This document shows positions 40,570 to 55,105 of a DNA stretch of 64,000 nt, piece after piece. This DNA is from Lama glama (taxonomy: Eukaryota). Both the position numbers and the translations under genes were made by a program. The notes below the pieces were generated by a model, which saw only the letters and a program-made list of their open reading frames with translations, was not told the origin of the DNA and searched no databases. Every line of letters begins with the position of its first letter. Position 1 is the stretch's first letter. The stretch spans positions 8,620,001 to 8,684,000 of the forward strand of contig CM052818.1 in the NCBI GenBank assembly GCA_028534125.1. Reading direction: 5' to 3'.

Positions 40570-41660
40570 AAAACCACACGCGTGTCTTCGTACTCACACA
40601 ACTACACTTTGGGGGTAGTCTCTCTATCCCCGGAAGCAATAAACTCTGACCTACGAAGGTACTTTTACTGCATTGCAGCGCTTCCCCTCCTCTACACCCG
40701 CACACCACCTGCTGCCAAGTGGAGACCGGCAAGCAGCACTGGGCTCCGGGAAGGCTGGGTTTTAGCAGGACACCTGGGGATGGAGTGGAGGTGTCAGGGC
40801 ACCCCGCCCTGCAGCTGTTCCTGACCCGCCGTCCCGGGAGAGCGAGTGGCGGCGAGCCCCGCAGCGCAGCAGACGCCCACGACCGGCAGCGCTCGGCAAC
40901 CCCCTCATAAGGCGTGGGCGGTGCCTCGGAGCACTGGGGCTCCCACATCCCGGCTTCCGGGACGACGGGGAGGGGACAGGAGAGGGAGCAGGATGAGTCC
41001 CGCCCTTTAGAACTGTCAGAGGACAGCGACTGTAACTCCCAGTCGAGGGCACAAGAATTTGCACTACAATCTGGATGCTCTTCTCCCTCCTCAGTGAGAA
41101 GCGCCCTGCCACGCCCAGCCTTAGGGGCATCTAGGGGTGGGTAGGGACAGAAACGCAACTGAGAACCTTCATGCTTGCCAGGCACGAAGCAGGGAGGTTT
41201 AACATGGACTTTATTTTAAACCAGGAAGTCCCTGATCCCAGTGCATTTGAAATATAACCCATACATAACACCAATATTAATTTAGTAACTTTTTTTTTGA
41301 GTCATCGATTTCTCCGACACCTGCTCCATGGTGGGCAGGACCCGCAGAGCCAGAGGACCTGCTGCAGTGATGGGACCATCCTCAGCGGCCGAGGGACCTG
41401 GAATTACCCCCAAGGCAGCCGGGAACCGGGAACTGCACCCGCGCAGGGCGGGCAGTTGCCAGGTGTTGGGGAAGGGCAGGCCTGCAACTCCGAAGCCTTT
41501 GCTGATAGGTTCTGATAGGTTCGAGGTCCAGATTCTTCTGGGAGTCGGGAGCTGAACTGGGCTCCTGGGTAGGAATGGGTGGGGAGGGGCCTGCCCGCCC
41601 TGCAAAGTTTGGGTCAAGAGGCGGGTTGTTATCATCCCTCGGTGTGACCCTCGCTCCCAG
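40570..41660. promoter_or_regulatory. CpG island, probable promoter or enhancer
   Basis: Abrupt rise in GC and CpG in a CpG-depleted window; ETS cores CCGGAAG (40630-40636) and CTTCCGG (40954-40960); GC boxes; ACTACA motifs at 40601 and 41063. Confidence 0.75.
41157..41320 (+). repeat. Direct repeat copy 2 (pairs with 40383-40560)
   Basis: Colinear match to copy 1 with substitutions and one deletion of about 15 bp. Confidence 0.9.
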
Positions 41661-43099
41661 ATCTAAAGGGAGAACGCAGACCAGCTAATCATTATGTAAA
41701 CTGTTGTGTACAAAGGCCTAAAACAGACACCTCAGGCTGCGTGCACTCATAAATAACAAAAATTGCATCCCTAAGTCCTTTTGGGGGGGTACAAAGTAGA
41801 ATATTTAAAAACAAGATAAAAAATAAAAGTCACAGTTGGTCCTTAATTAACTCGCCTTCCCTCATTTTACCTTCTCATCCACGAAAGTGGGTGTTTTTAC
41901 CTCCACTCTTACTATGGAGGAAATTGGCTCTGAGGGGTTGCTCGAGGTCACACAGTTAATAAGTGACAGAATCAAACTGACCCCAAACGGGTGTCCTTAG
42001 TAGGTGCTGTATACCCTCCACAGAGGTAAGGCCGGTTTTCCTCAGCCTTAGCGAAGAGAACGATCCCCTACCCAAATAAAGATGCCGCTGCCAAAATACC
42101 AGAGAAAATTGTTGCCTTCCCTTCTTTTCTGACCACAAGGATGTCTTTGCTGAGCTGTTTGCACCCTCCCCTTTATGAAACGGCTTGTTGGATTAAAGAT
42201 TGCAGTCTGTGATACTTGATTATTTTTTTCTTTTTGAATCTAATCTAGGTCCACTATGATATGGATCTAACCAGGCCGTGCTCAGACCAACTGATCCAAA
42301 CTGGCATTACTGACAAATGGTGCACAGTCGCTTCCAATAAATACAGACTTTTAAACTACATTGGTCATTTAACCATCAATTACCCAACCACTCTACAGAT
42401 ATTTAATGAGTATCTGCCTTTCCCTCAGGCCAATCTACTTTTTCCTCTGCCAGTTTTTTTCTTTTTTCCCCTCAAACATGGCTAAGATCCACTGTCTTCT
42501 TTGCTTAAAAACCCTCAGTGGTTTCCCACCATCTACAGGATGAAGACAAGTCTTGTCACAAGAGGCTCCTGACTGTCCTTGCAGCTCTTAAATCTGGAGG
42601 AGAAACAAAGTGAAACTCAAATGGAGAGCCAAGTGTTTTTTATATAGCTGCTAGAGTACCGATTCTTGTCCTCAGATCCCATGTGAGAGTAATCAGAGTA
42701 TGAAGTATAAATAGTAAATCAAATCCTTCACTCCTCAGCTCTAGAGTTTCTCACTAAGAAATTTGGGCTGTTCAGAGTGACGGGTTCAGAATTTGTCTCC
42801 TTCTTTATAACCTATTCCTATTTCTTTTGAAAAATGAACCTGAGAAACTTTGGTAAAAAGTTAGCTGGAAATAGAAAAGCAGGACCAAAGCAGAAAGGAA
42901 ATGTAAATAATTCTAGGTTTAAAGGTCAACGTCATTACTAAATTCTTGCTTCAAAATTCACTCTGGATTTCCTGGTAGTGAGGGCATGAAGGGAGGCAGG
43001 CTGCAGTATTTGAATTTTACTGATAGAAAAGAGGAAACTTAGCAATTCTTGAAACAAGCAAATTATTTTATGCAGCTGTTTTTATCTTTGTCTTCATTG

Positions 43100-43750
43100 C
43101 TTTTTTAATTATAAAATAAATACATGTGTTTTGTAGACAATTCAAATAACATAAATGTGTGTTCAATAAAAAGTGTATGCCCCTTGCCTCCATTACTCTT
43201 CTCAAGAAGCAAACCCTAACCCTTGAGAGTAACCATTTCTTTCTAGCTGATTTTTGGTTTTTGTTTTTGCAATCAGAAGTACTCATACAACTTTCATAGA
43301 ATGTGGGGGCGGGGGTTTGTGTGCTTGCTTTAAATATCTACATATGTGTGTAAAATCAACTATGTTCTTTTGTAACTTGCATTTTCACTTTACAGTTTAG
43401 GAAGGACATCCTTCTATATCAGAATATATCTAGATCTACCTCTTTCATTTTAATGGCAATAATATTCCATTATATGGAGGTAGCATAATTTATTTAACCA
43501 TTCCCCTATTTGTTTCTGATTTTACAGTCTTAAAATAATGAGCGTCTTTGTATGTACACTTTTGTGCAAATATATGAGGAAAGATTTCTAGAAGTGGAAC
43601 TGAGGGATCACATGGCTCATACATTTAAAATTTTGATGAACTGTCTTCAAAAAGACTGTATCAATCTATACTCTCACCAACAGTGTTTAGGAGTGCCCAT
43701 TTCCCCATTCTCTTGCTCACTCTAGATATTATTGACATTTTTCACTTTCT
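43100..43750 (-). mobile_element. Old L1 (L1ME-like) 3' part, antisense
   Basis: TATTCCATTATATGG...ATAATTTATTTAACCATTCCCCTATT; CTAGAAGTGGAA; CTCTCACCAACAGTG. Confidence 0.7.
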
Positions 43751-44325
43751 GACACAAGCTTCTAAATGAAATTACTTCTGGCAAGGTCAGTGTATTTTAA
43801 CCAAGAAAGGAGACCAGTGAGACAGTCTCGTTTCTGTTGTTCTAGAGTGTTGGTTTTCAGGCTGTGTTCTGCGGAGCCCCAGGAATTCTAAGGGATGGAC
43901 CATGGAAAGGTATAGACTTCCACCCTCTTAGCCAGGACAACTGAGTGTTTTTCTGTTTTACATGTTGCACTTTGGGATAAGATTTTATTTGAAGATAAGA
44001 TTCTGTTGTTAAAAACAAGTTTGCAAACCATGACTATGGACCTTATTTATTATTGAACCATTAGCAACTTAAAGAAGAATTGAAAATGAGGCTCCTTCAA
44101 AGCAAATAAGAGGGGATGTTAAAACAGTGAACCTCCAGCTGCAGCCAAAATATTCTCATTTACACGTTAAATTACGTGCCTGTGTGCCTGCCTGCTAATG
44201 GCCTTGTTAATGCTACACTTTGCACTATAATGCTCAATTGCTGTCCTGCAACCAATCCTAAAACAACGTTTCTTCCAAGATCTAGATTAAAATTTCACTT
44301 CTCTATCTATGCACCCACCTCAAGA

Positions 44326-44326
<1 letters not shown>

Positions 44327-44366
<40 letters not shown>
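44327..44366 (+). repeat. (AC)20 microsatellite
   Basis: Directly visible. Confidence 0.97.
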
Positions 44367-44367
<1 letters not shown>

Positions 44368-46014
44368 ACTTGTGTGGATCATATCCCTATGTGTTTGTAG
44401 AAACTGGATGTTAGCTGAGGCATTTTCCCCCTGAGGCCTAGGTCAAATTCCATGGCCCACGACCCTCTATGATTTCTATGAGCTCCTCTGAGCCTTGGGT
44501 TCTCATGGTCTCCTCTGCCTCCTCCTTCTAGGTGCTCTGTTTGAGATCCATTGTGTGAAACTTAGCTCCTTCTTTAGTAGTCTCACGCACACACACACAT
44601 ACATCAACAATAAACTACTCCATTGCACAGAGAATTCCTGAGAAGAGTTGAATTTATTATAGATAGCAGGCTGGGAAGGACAGTCAGAGAAAGAGAGGTT
44701 TGAGTCACTAGGATACAAACAAACTCAAAATGATGTTGTGAGCATCCTGTAGCCTTTCATGGCCTCACACCAGCCCCTCTTTGTCTCACTGGCTCCACTC
44801 TTCTCTCTTTCCATTCTTTATCTTCACCCACTCCCCACCTCCAACTAAACAATGAACCTCAAAGTATTGTCCTCTATTAAGTCTTGCAATTCAGCTTTTT
44901 CCAGCTTTTACCCTCAAACTCACATGGCCAATCTCTTCATAGTGCTCATCTTACTAACATATTCCATTTAGTAGAATCACCATCTCTAGGAGGCAGTTTT
45001 TTTTAAAAAATAGCAATATTTTTATTGCTACACCCCTGCTATTTCTTCCTAACTGAAACATTGTCATTGTATTGCTTCTGTTCTCTTTTTATTTTATATA
45101 TATGGACCCTCCAACCAAATGTTAAGTAGACCAAGAACAAGAATTCTGCTTTTTGCAGCTTTTAAATGCCTAGTCTCTCACAAGGGCATAATGAATAAAG
45201 CAACCACTAATAATACAATTGAAAGAAGAGTAAATGATAAATGAATATAAGAAGACCCCTGGATATTTTGTAAGATGTGGTGGGTATCTCCTTGCAAAGG
45301 CCATAAAATTAGTAATTCTTAGGAAGTTCAGTTAAAACATTCAGACATTTTCAACTAGTATTTATTTTTTAGAAGATACATAATGTAAGCTTATACTACT
45401 CAAAATATCCCCTACTTCACATTTCTTTTTTATGTTGGCCTTTACTCTTCTAAACTTTCTTTCCTACTTCTTCTATAAGCTAGATGATATTTTTGTTTAT
45501 TCCTTTCCAGCCTGGGCAGATAGGAAGGAATCAGAGATGATTATCTATATCAATACAATATCTCCTCTTGCTGGGATCCCAAAAATAAAGAATACTATAT
45601 AAAGTAGCATGCTATGTAAACCAAGGCTTAGAACATCCTGTAGTGAACCATCGTAAAATATCACTTGAAATTCCTACAGGATCTTCTGCCTGCTGTGTTT
45701 AATTCCTAAATCTTGTGTTATTAAAAAAAAAGTCTATTTGCTCTTTCATCTACACGCACATTACAGAATTCTTTTTTCATCAAAATTGGCTTAGTTTGGA
45801 GTGAGGAACCAGGAACATATAACAATTTAGAATTTCTGATATTTGACCCTTTGCTATTAAATTTAAGCCCATGAATAGCTCAAAGTTCAGAAACCAGGCC
45901 CAATTCCATTGTGGGTATATATATACATATATAATTTTATACAGAAAGCATAGACTCTATCCTCTTCCATTTGTCTGTATAACAGAATTTTTGACAATAC
46001 ATTTGAGTGAAAAA

Positions 46015-48630
<2,616 letters not shown>

Positions 48631-48870
48631 ACTAGTTCTGGGGCTCCAATGCACAGCATAGTGATTATAGCCAAAAATACCATATTCTACACTTCAAAGT
48701 TGCCAAGAGAACAGATCTTAATTGTTCTCACCACAAAAAAGAAATGATAACTATGCAATGTGATAGAGGTGTTAGCTAATGCTAAGATAGTAATCATATT
48801 GTTACATATAAATGTATCAAATCAACATGTTGTAAACATTAAACTTAACACGATGTTTCACAGCTAAAAT
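48631..48870 (+). mobile_element. L1 3' UTR end (L1MA-like)
   Basis: CACAGCATAGTGATTATAG, GATCTTAATTGTTCTCACCACAAAAAAGAAATG, ATAAATGTATCAAATCAACATGTTGTA. Confidence 0.8.
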
Positions 48871-49144
48871 ATTATCTAGTCGTTCAAAAGTTCAGTGAAA
48901 AAGGTTGACCTGCTTACTTGTTGACATTCAGCTCTTATCTGCTATCGTTCCAGCTGTCTATCTAAGTCAGTTATAGTAGAAGAAAAAGTTTTATAAACCA
49001 ACAACAACCCACACAAAAAAGAAGGCAAGCTTATAAATACAATGTGTGGGCAAAATGAGTTATTTTATTTTAAGCATTTGCATTTTCTGTGGTTTTCACA
49101 ATTAACGTGATACAGAGAAAAAGCTGATGATGCTAAGCAGGGTG

Positions 49145-49360
49145 ACTTAAGGTATGGCTTAAGAGTGAGCCACATCTGGGTTTGAATTCTGGTTCTGCCC
49201 CTAAGCAACTGTGACCTTGGGGAAAGTTGCTTAACTTCTTTAAGTCTGTTTGCTCAGCTCTAAATTGAAGCCAATAATATCTTTCTCATAATTTGCTACT
49301 GTGAGTACAAAATGCAAAATGTATGCTTCATAAGTGGTAGCTGTTCTATTGTAATTATTA
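49145..49360 (+). mobile_element. MIR SINE
   Basis: CTGGGTTTGAATTCTGGTTCTGCC...CTGTGACCTTGGGGAAAGTTGCTTAACTTCT. Confidence 0.7.
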
Positions 49361-51309
49361 TCACAGAAACTTTCCTGTGTAGCACTTTGCCATCTAAATT
49401 AATTCTTATATTCATGTCTCTCTTTGAGCTTCTTCAAAACACTGTATATGCATCATTTTATTTGAATCTCATAACGACTTATAAGCTAGATATGACAGAC
49501 ATAATTAACTTCATTAGGAAACCAAGATCCACGCATTGCCTCAGTCCTGCAGCATCTGGTAAAATCAGGACAAGAATCCACGTCTTATCCTGATCTACAA
49601 GAACAATTCTCCAATCTGTTCTCATACAGCAACCAGAGGGAGCTCTTTATTTAAAAAAAAAAAAAAGAGCATCACCTGATAATGTCAATCCCGTCTTCTT
49701 GTCCTCCTCACCTCCTTTTCCCCCTTTCCCTCTTCTCTTCATCTTTATCTTCTCTCTCCTTTTAAGTTTCTAGTCTGGGATCGGTCCAGAAAAACAAAGT
49801 CCTGACTCAGGCTCACCTGGATGAATCTCCATATAGGACAGGAAAGCCTACAGTCCTACGACTCAGTCCAGAGAAGCACCAGAAAGAAAGAACAGGTCGA
49901 CAGCGACCTAACTCAACAAGTGAATGCTCATGACCTTTTTCCTGCCTCCTTCCTTCTACTAAGTTCTCATGCTGCTCTGGAAAGACCAGAGAGCCCTCCC
50001 CCTAGAATGCCTCTGCTAGAAAATAGAAAGCAAATTATGGGGAGGGGATTTTTTTGTGCAAAAACATTTATATTCATTTTTTTCTCAAAAATATCATAGG
50101 CATAAAGTATGAGAAGAAAATACAGAAATATGTGAGGTATTGCCAACATGAATCTAATATTCTAATATCAAACTGCTGTAGGTCAATGATTCTTCAACTT
50201 TTTCAAAGTTAGAACATTATCCTTTAAAGACTTCATGATGTTTGTAAAATTTAATTCAATTACAATTTGAATAACTCTGGTATCTCTTTAACTGCTGTTG
50301 CAAGACTATCATTGCTCTATACTGCAATGGAAAAACAGATTTCAAAGTTTTTCCACTTCAGTATATGTCCAGAAAACATAATTATTTGTGATTAAGACAT
50401 TAGGAGAATAGCATTTATCAGGCCACTTTTAGCCACAGAAGAAGGAGGTAGGTACTTATGTGATACACAACTATGTTGAGAGGGGAATTTCCCCCTCAAA
50501 ACCCATCTCCCCTTCTCCTCCTAACTTAGTCACTCATGCCTTTAATTTCATTATTAACAGTTATTTCCTTTAGGGAGGCAATATTGTTTAGTACCAGGTT
50601 TTATCAAAACAAAGATACAGTCAATTGTAAGCTGCACCAATATTTTATGCACCACAATAAAAGAAAAACCTGTGCCAGTTATAGAAAGACATCACCAATC
50701 AGGACAGGCATCCCAATTTCAGAGACACCAAACTATGAAAAATGGGAGTCAAACTCTATGAAATGAAGTAATTGAGAGCATGGACCTTAATATCAAATAT
50801 ATGTGGATGGATAGGCTGATTCTGCCATTTGATAGATGGCTTGCCTTGAGGAAGTCACTTAACTTTTTCAAACCTCTACCTTCTTTGTGGAATTAAAATA
50901 TTAAAATACATCTCCATGGTTAGCAAGAATTACAGACAACGAGGTATAGAAAATGTGCTTAGGGCCAAGCCCAGCCCTTAGTTAGGGCTCCAAAATGAAA
51001 ACTATTAAGGAATTACCATCTTAAATTAATTACCACTGGGGAGAGACATATTGTCTCCACTGCTCATAATTCCTTACTTTCAGTGAGTTTTGAGAGCTGA
51101 GATAAAACAGATCTCCACAGATCCAGGCATTTGATGAGACATTTGTTTGTGGGGGAAGAGATAAGTCCAGAACCAGGAAACTACTTAGGGAGGGAAGGCC
51201 TGGGGACTGGGGAGCTGGGTCACCAAAACCAAACAATACTGCGTTTTCCATCTTTGGCCCAGGAATGCTTCTGGTTTCAACTTGACTCTACATCAAGAAT
51301 ATATTCATA

Positions 51310-51620
51310 TCCTTGAAAACAATACGTTAAGTGAAAGAAACCAATTAATAAAAGACTACATATTGTATGTGATTCCATTTATATGAAAAAATATCCAAGG
51401 ATAGGCAAATCCACAGAGACAGAAAGTAGATTAGTGATTTCCAGTGGCTGGTGGAGGGGGATGGGGGGCAGTGGCAGCTAAGAGGGATGGGCTTTTAGGT
51501 GATAAAATTAGATTGTAGTGACGGTTGCATAACCTTTGACTATATTAAAAAAAAACCCATTGAATTATACACTCTAAATTGGTGAATTTTATTAAACCTC
51601 AATAAAGAGGTTCAAAAAGT
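51310..51620 (+). mobile_element. L1 (L1MB/ME-like) 3' end
   Basis: GATTCCATTTATATGAA...GGCAAATCCACAGAGACAGAAAGTAGATTAGTG...ACCTCAATAAAG. Confidence 0.8.
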
Positions 51621-52051
51621 TTAAAGACTACATTCCTATATCCTGCTATTCTGATGTCTAAAACTAAACTTTTAAAAAATCACTTCACTTTTTAAACAGA
51701 AACAACTGAATACTCTTAGAAGACATGTATCAACTTTACCTTAAATTACACATAAGTCAATAAACCTCACAAAGTTCAGTTAAGGTTTTCACTTTATTTT
51801 CACCCACTGCATGTAAAAATGGTCAATTCTAAATATAGTCTCCAATTTTGCAAACTTCAAAAGATTTAGTCACAGGGTTAATGATTTAGCCTCTGTTATG
51901 AGCCAGCATGCATTGTGCAGTGGGGATGCAAAGGAGCTTCTTATAACCAAGAGAGATATTCAGAATATTGAAAAACTAGATGGAGTCAGGCAGTGAGTAA
52001 TCAGAACAAAGGCCAGCTGGAGGCCCCTTAGTTGCTGGAATTTGAAGGATC

Positions 52052-52551
52052 NNNNNNNNNNNNNNNNNNNNNNNNNNNNNNNNNNNNNNNNNNNNNNNNN
52101 NNNNNNNNNNNNNNNNNNNNNNNNNNNNNNNNNNNNNNNNNNNNNNNNNNNNNNNNNNNNNNNNNNNNNNNNNNNNNNNNNNNNNNNNNNNNNNNNNNNN
52201 NNNNNNNNNNNNNNNNNNNNNNNNNNNNNNNNNNNNNNNNNNNNNNNNNNNNNNNNNNNNNNNNNNNNNNNNNNNNNNNNNNNNNNNNNNNNNNNNNNNN
52301 NNNNNNNNNNNNNNNNNNNNNNNNNNNNNNNNNNNNNNNNNNNNNNNNNNNNNNNNNNNNNNNNNNNNNNNNNNNNNNNNNNNNNNNNNNNNNNNNNNNN
52401 NNNNNNNNNNNNNNNNNNNNNNNNNNNNNNNNNNNNNNNNNNNNNNNNNNNNNNNNNNNNNNNNNNNNNNNNNNNNNNNNNNNNNNNNNNNNNNNNNNNN
52501 NNNNNNNNNNNNNNNNNNNNNNNNNNNNNNNNNNNNNNNNNNNNNNNNNNN
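52052..52551. other. Assembly gap (500 N)
   Basis: N run. Confidence 1.
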
Positions 52552-54099
52552 TAAATTTGCAAAGTCTCATTGCTATTAAGAAGCACAGCTGGGATTCTAA
52601 GGCAAGTCCATTTACTGCAAAGTCCAAGGTCTTCCCTTCTACTCCACCACCTTCCATGGGTTTGGGATTTCCAGTATTTAGAGAGCTACCTTTTCCATCA
52701 TCCCATCAAGATCTTTGGCAGCTCAGGGGTGGATCTGTGCACAGAAAGCCATTTTCCCTTTTACACTGACCCGGCCCAGGGACAACTGGATTTTAACAGC
52801 CTCTCCTGGCCCCATCTCCGTCTGTCCGGTTGCCAGTCCTATCCACGTAGCCACATGAATCCCTGACATCTCATAGGAAAGTCAAAGCATTGGCACTATT
52901 GGGAAAGAGATGGTGGATGAACTTGAGTGCTTTGTTGGAAAGGACTCTGGACCAAGATTCAGGCTACACGGACTATCATAGAATAAATAAGTGTGTATCT
53001 GCCCATTTTTAATTGCTTTGGAGACAAATGTTTGCTTAAAGTACAGTGAAACAGGAAATAAAAGAGAATTCATATTTGTGGACCATTTCCTCACAATATC
53101 TCTTAAACATACAAAAGTAAACCTTTTGCTTTAATTTATCTTTGAATGATTTAGCAACTTGACATGAACAGATTTAGTCTTGAAGTATAAAATAGGACAG
53201 ACCATATTTTAGTTCTTTCTATCTTCTCCAAGATGCATTATTTTTATACATCCAGGGCAGGCTGTATGTAGACCTACTTGAGCTGCCCACTCAGTGCCTG
53301 ATGTCATTGCTCAAGTTACTCATTTCTTTCTACCCTAATTTCTTTGACTACAGAAGGAAGAAGGTAGACTAGCTACTCCCCAGGTTTCCTTCTAGCCATG
53401 TGGTTTATAGAGTGGTGAACCCTGTAAAGAATGACTTACCTTGTGGGAAATAATATCTTACCGTTCTGTGAAGAATCCCAAACTCAAAATATTTACCAGC
53501 AACTATAACTCCCTTAAACCCCAGGTGTACAGGTAGAAAAGGGAATAAGGGACAGGATATTAGGGAAGCTGGATAGAAGGTGAAAGTAAGTCTGAGGGAA
53601 ATGTAATCATGGGTTACCATGACTTACTCTAGTGGTCTATCTCCAACTTGTATTTATTATATTTTATATAATACTAACATTATATTACACTGAAGAGTAG
53701 ACCATGTGGAAACCTTGCTTTCAGTTTTTGGGTTTTCAGAAAAATTACATCAGAGGCAGACTTAGCTACTTGCTCACCTGTATGTGGGTAAGGATTTTTT
53801 TAATCATTAGCTGTTTGTTTTTTAAACTTCCTCAGATATTTACAGAAATTACATATTGATCTAGAAATTCCCTGAGAATTAAAGGTGCCCTGTCTCCTGG
53901 TTATTTTTGCACAGTTACACATGAGGCTTGTTCCTGGACTAGTACAGAAAACTTTCTGACTAGACTGAAGATAATCCTAGACAGCTTGAGAATACTGTCG
54001 CTGTCCATTTTGAAGTCACTTTTCAGACTGTGACCTGTGCGACTCTTAACACTGTGTCTCTCTCACTCATCCCTGAACCATTCTCTTCCCCTGATTTCT

Positions 54100-55105
54100 G
54101 TGACAGCAGATTCTCCTATTTCCCTTCTCTTTCCCTCTCCCACCTTTCTAAGCCACCCTTCTTTTCTCAGCCTACTCAGTCTCTCTAGGAGCTGTTTTTC
54201 TGACTCTCAAGATGCTGTCACCATCTATCCTGCTGAGTCTGCCATTTCGATCTCTAGCCCCGACAGTGTTTTGACCTGCACACCTAAACAGCTGACTGCC
54301 TGCACAACATCTATACATGGATGGTCCACCAGGATCTCTGACTCACATCCACGTCCCAAATTAATCTCACAACTTTCCCTTTAAATCTGACCCTCTCCCC
54401 TGAATTCCCCTCTCCACAAATGACTCCACTCTCCACTCGGTTGCCTGAGCCAGAAAACTGAATAGCATTCTTGACACTCCCTCTTCCATATCAAACACGC
54501 ATCCCAGCAGTCATCAGACCCAGTGGACTGGAACCCTGCTTTATCTCTGGAACCTGGCCTTAACCCAGGGGACCCCTCTCTTACTTGGAAGACTCTCGTA
54601 GCTTCTCCTCTGGTTCCCTACTCTGCCCCTCGTCATTCCGTCCTCCACTTGACAGCCAGGGTGAGCTTTTCTGAACAGAAATCTGATCATTTTGCCCCAT
54701 TTTTCCCACAGCTCTTAAGTTAAAGTCCATACTCCCAGAGATAGCTTACAAGGCTTTTCTGTCTTGAACTCTACACTCCAGAGTTAACACATTTTCTTTC
54801 CAGTTCTTCAAGAGAGCTGTGGTGTCTCCCACTCACTGGCTCTCACATATACAAGTCCCATTTCCTGACACTCCTATCTCACTACTTTGCTTCATTAATA
54901 CTCAGAGGCCTTTCCTGACTCCCCTCGCCCAACACACATACTAATGATTACAGGGTGTGACAACTACTTATTCAACGGCCCGTCTTTCTGGAGTACATGG
55001 TCCATGAGGGCAGGTACCCTGCCTATTTTCAGTTATACTCCAGCACGCAGCACAGTGCCTCGTACACAGGAGAAGTTCAATAGATATATGTAGTATAAAT
55101 GAATT
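54100..55105 (+). mobile_element. L2 LINE 3' region
   Basis: Pyrimidine-rich L2-like body ending CCATGAGGGCAGG...GCACAGTGCCT...TCAATAGATAT...AAATGAAT. Confidence 0.65.

Noticed and set aside
40466..41185. 239-aa minus-strand ORF and overlapping ORFs in the CpG island
   Set aside because: GC-rich sequence is stop-poor in all frames; no recognisable domain; the ORF runs through the duplicated non-coding block.
51960..52769. Long ORFs of 170-245 aa
   Set aside because: Artefacts of the 500-N gap; the same applies to ORFs crossing 35834-35933.
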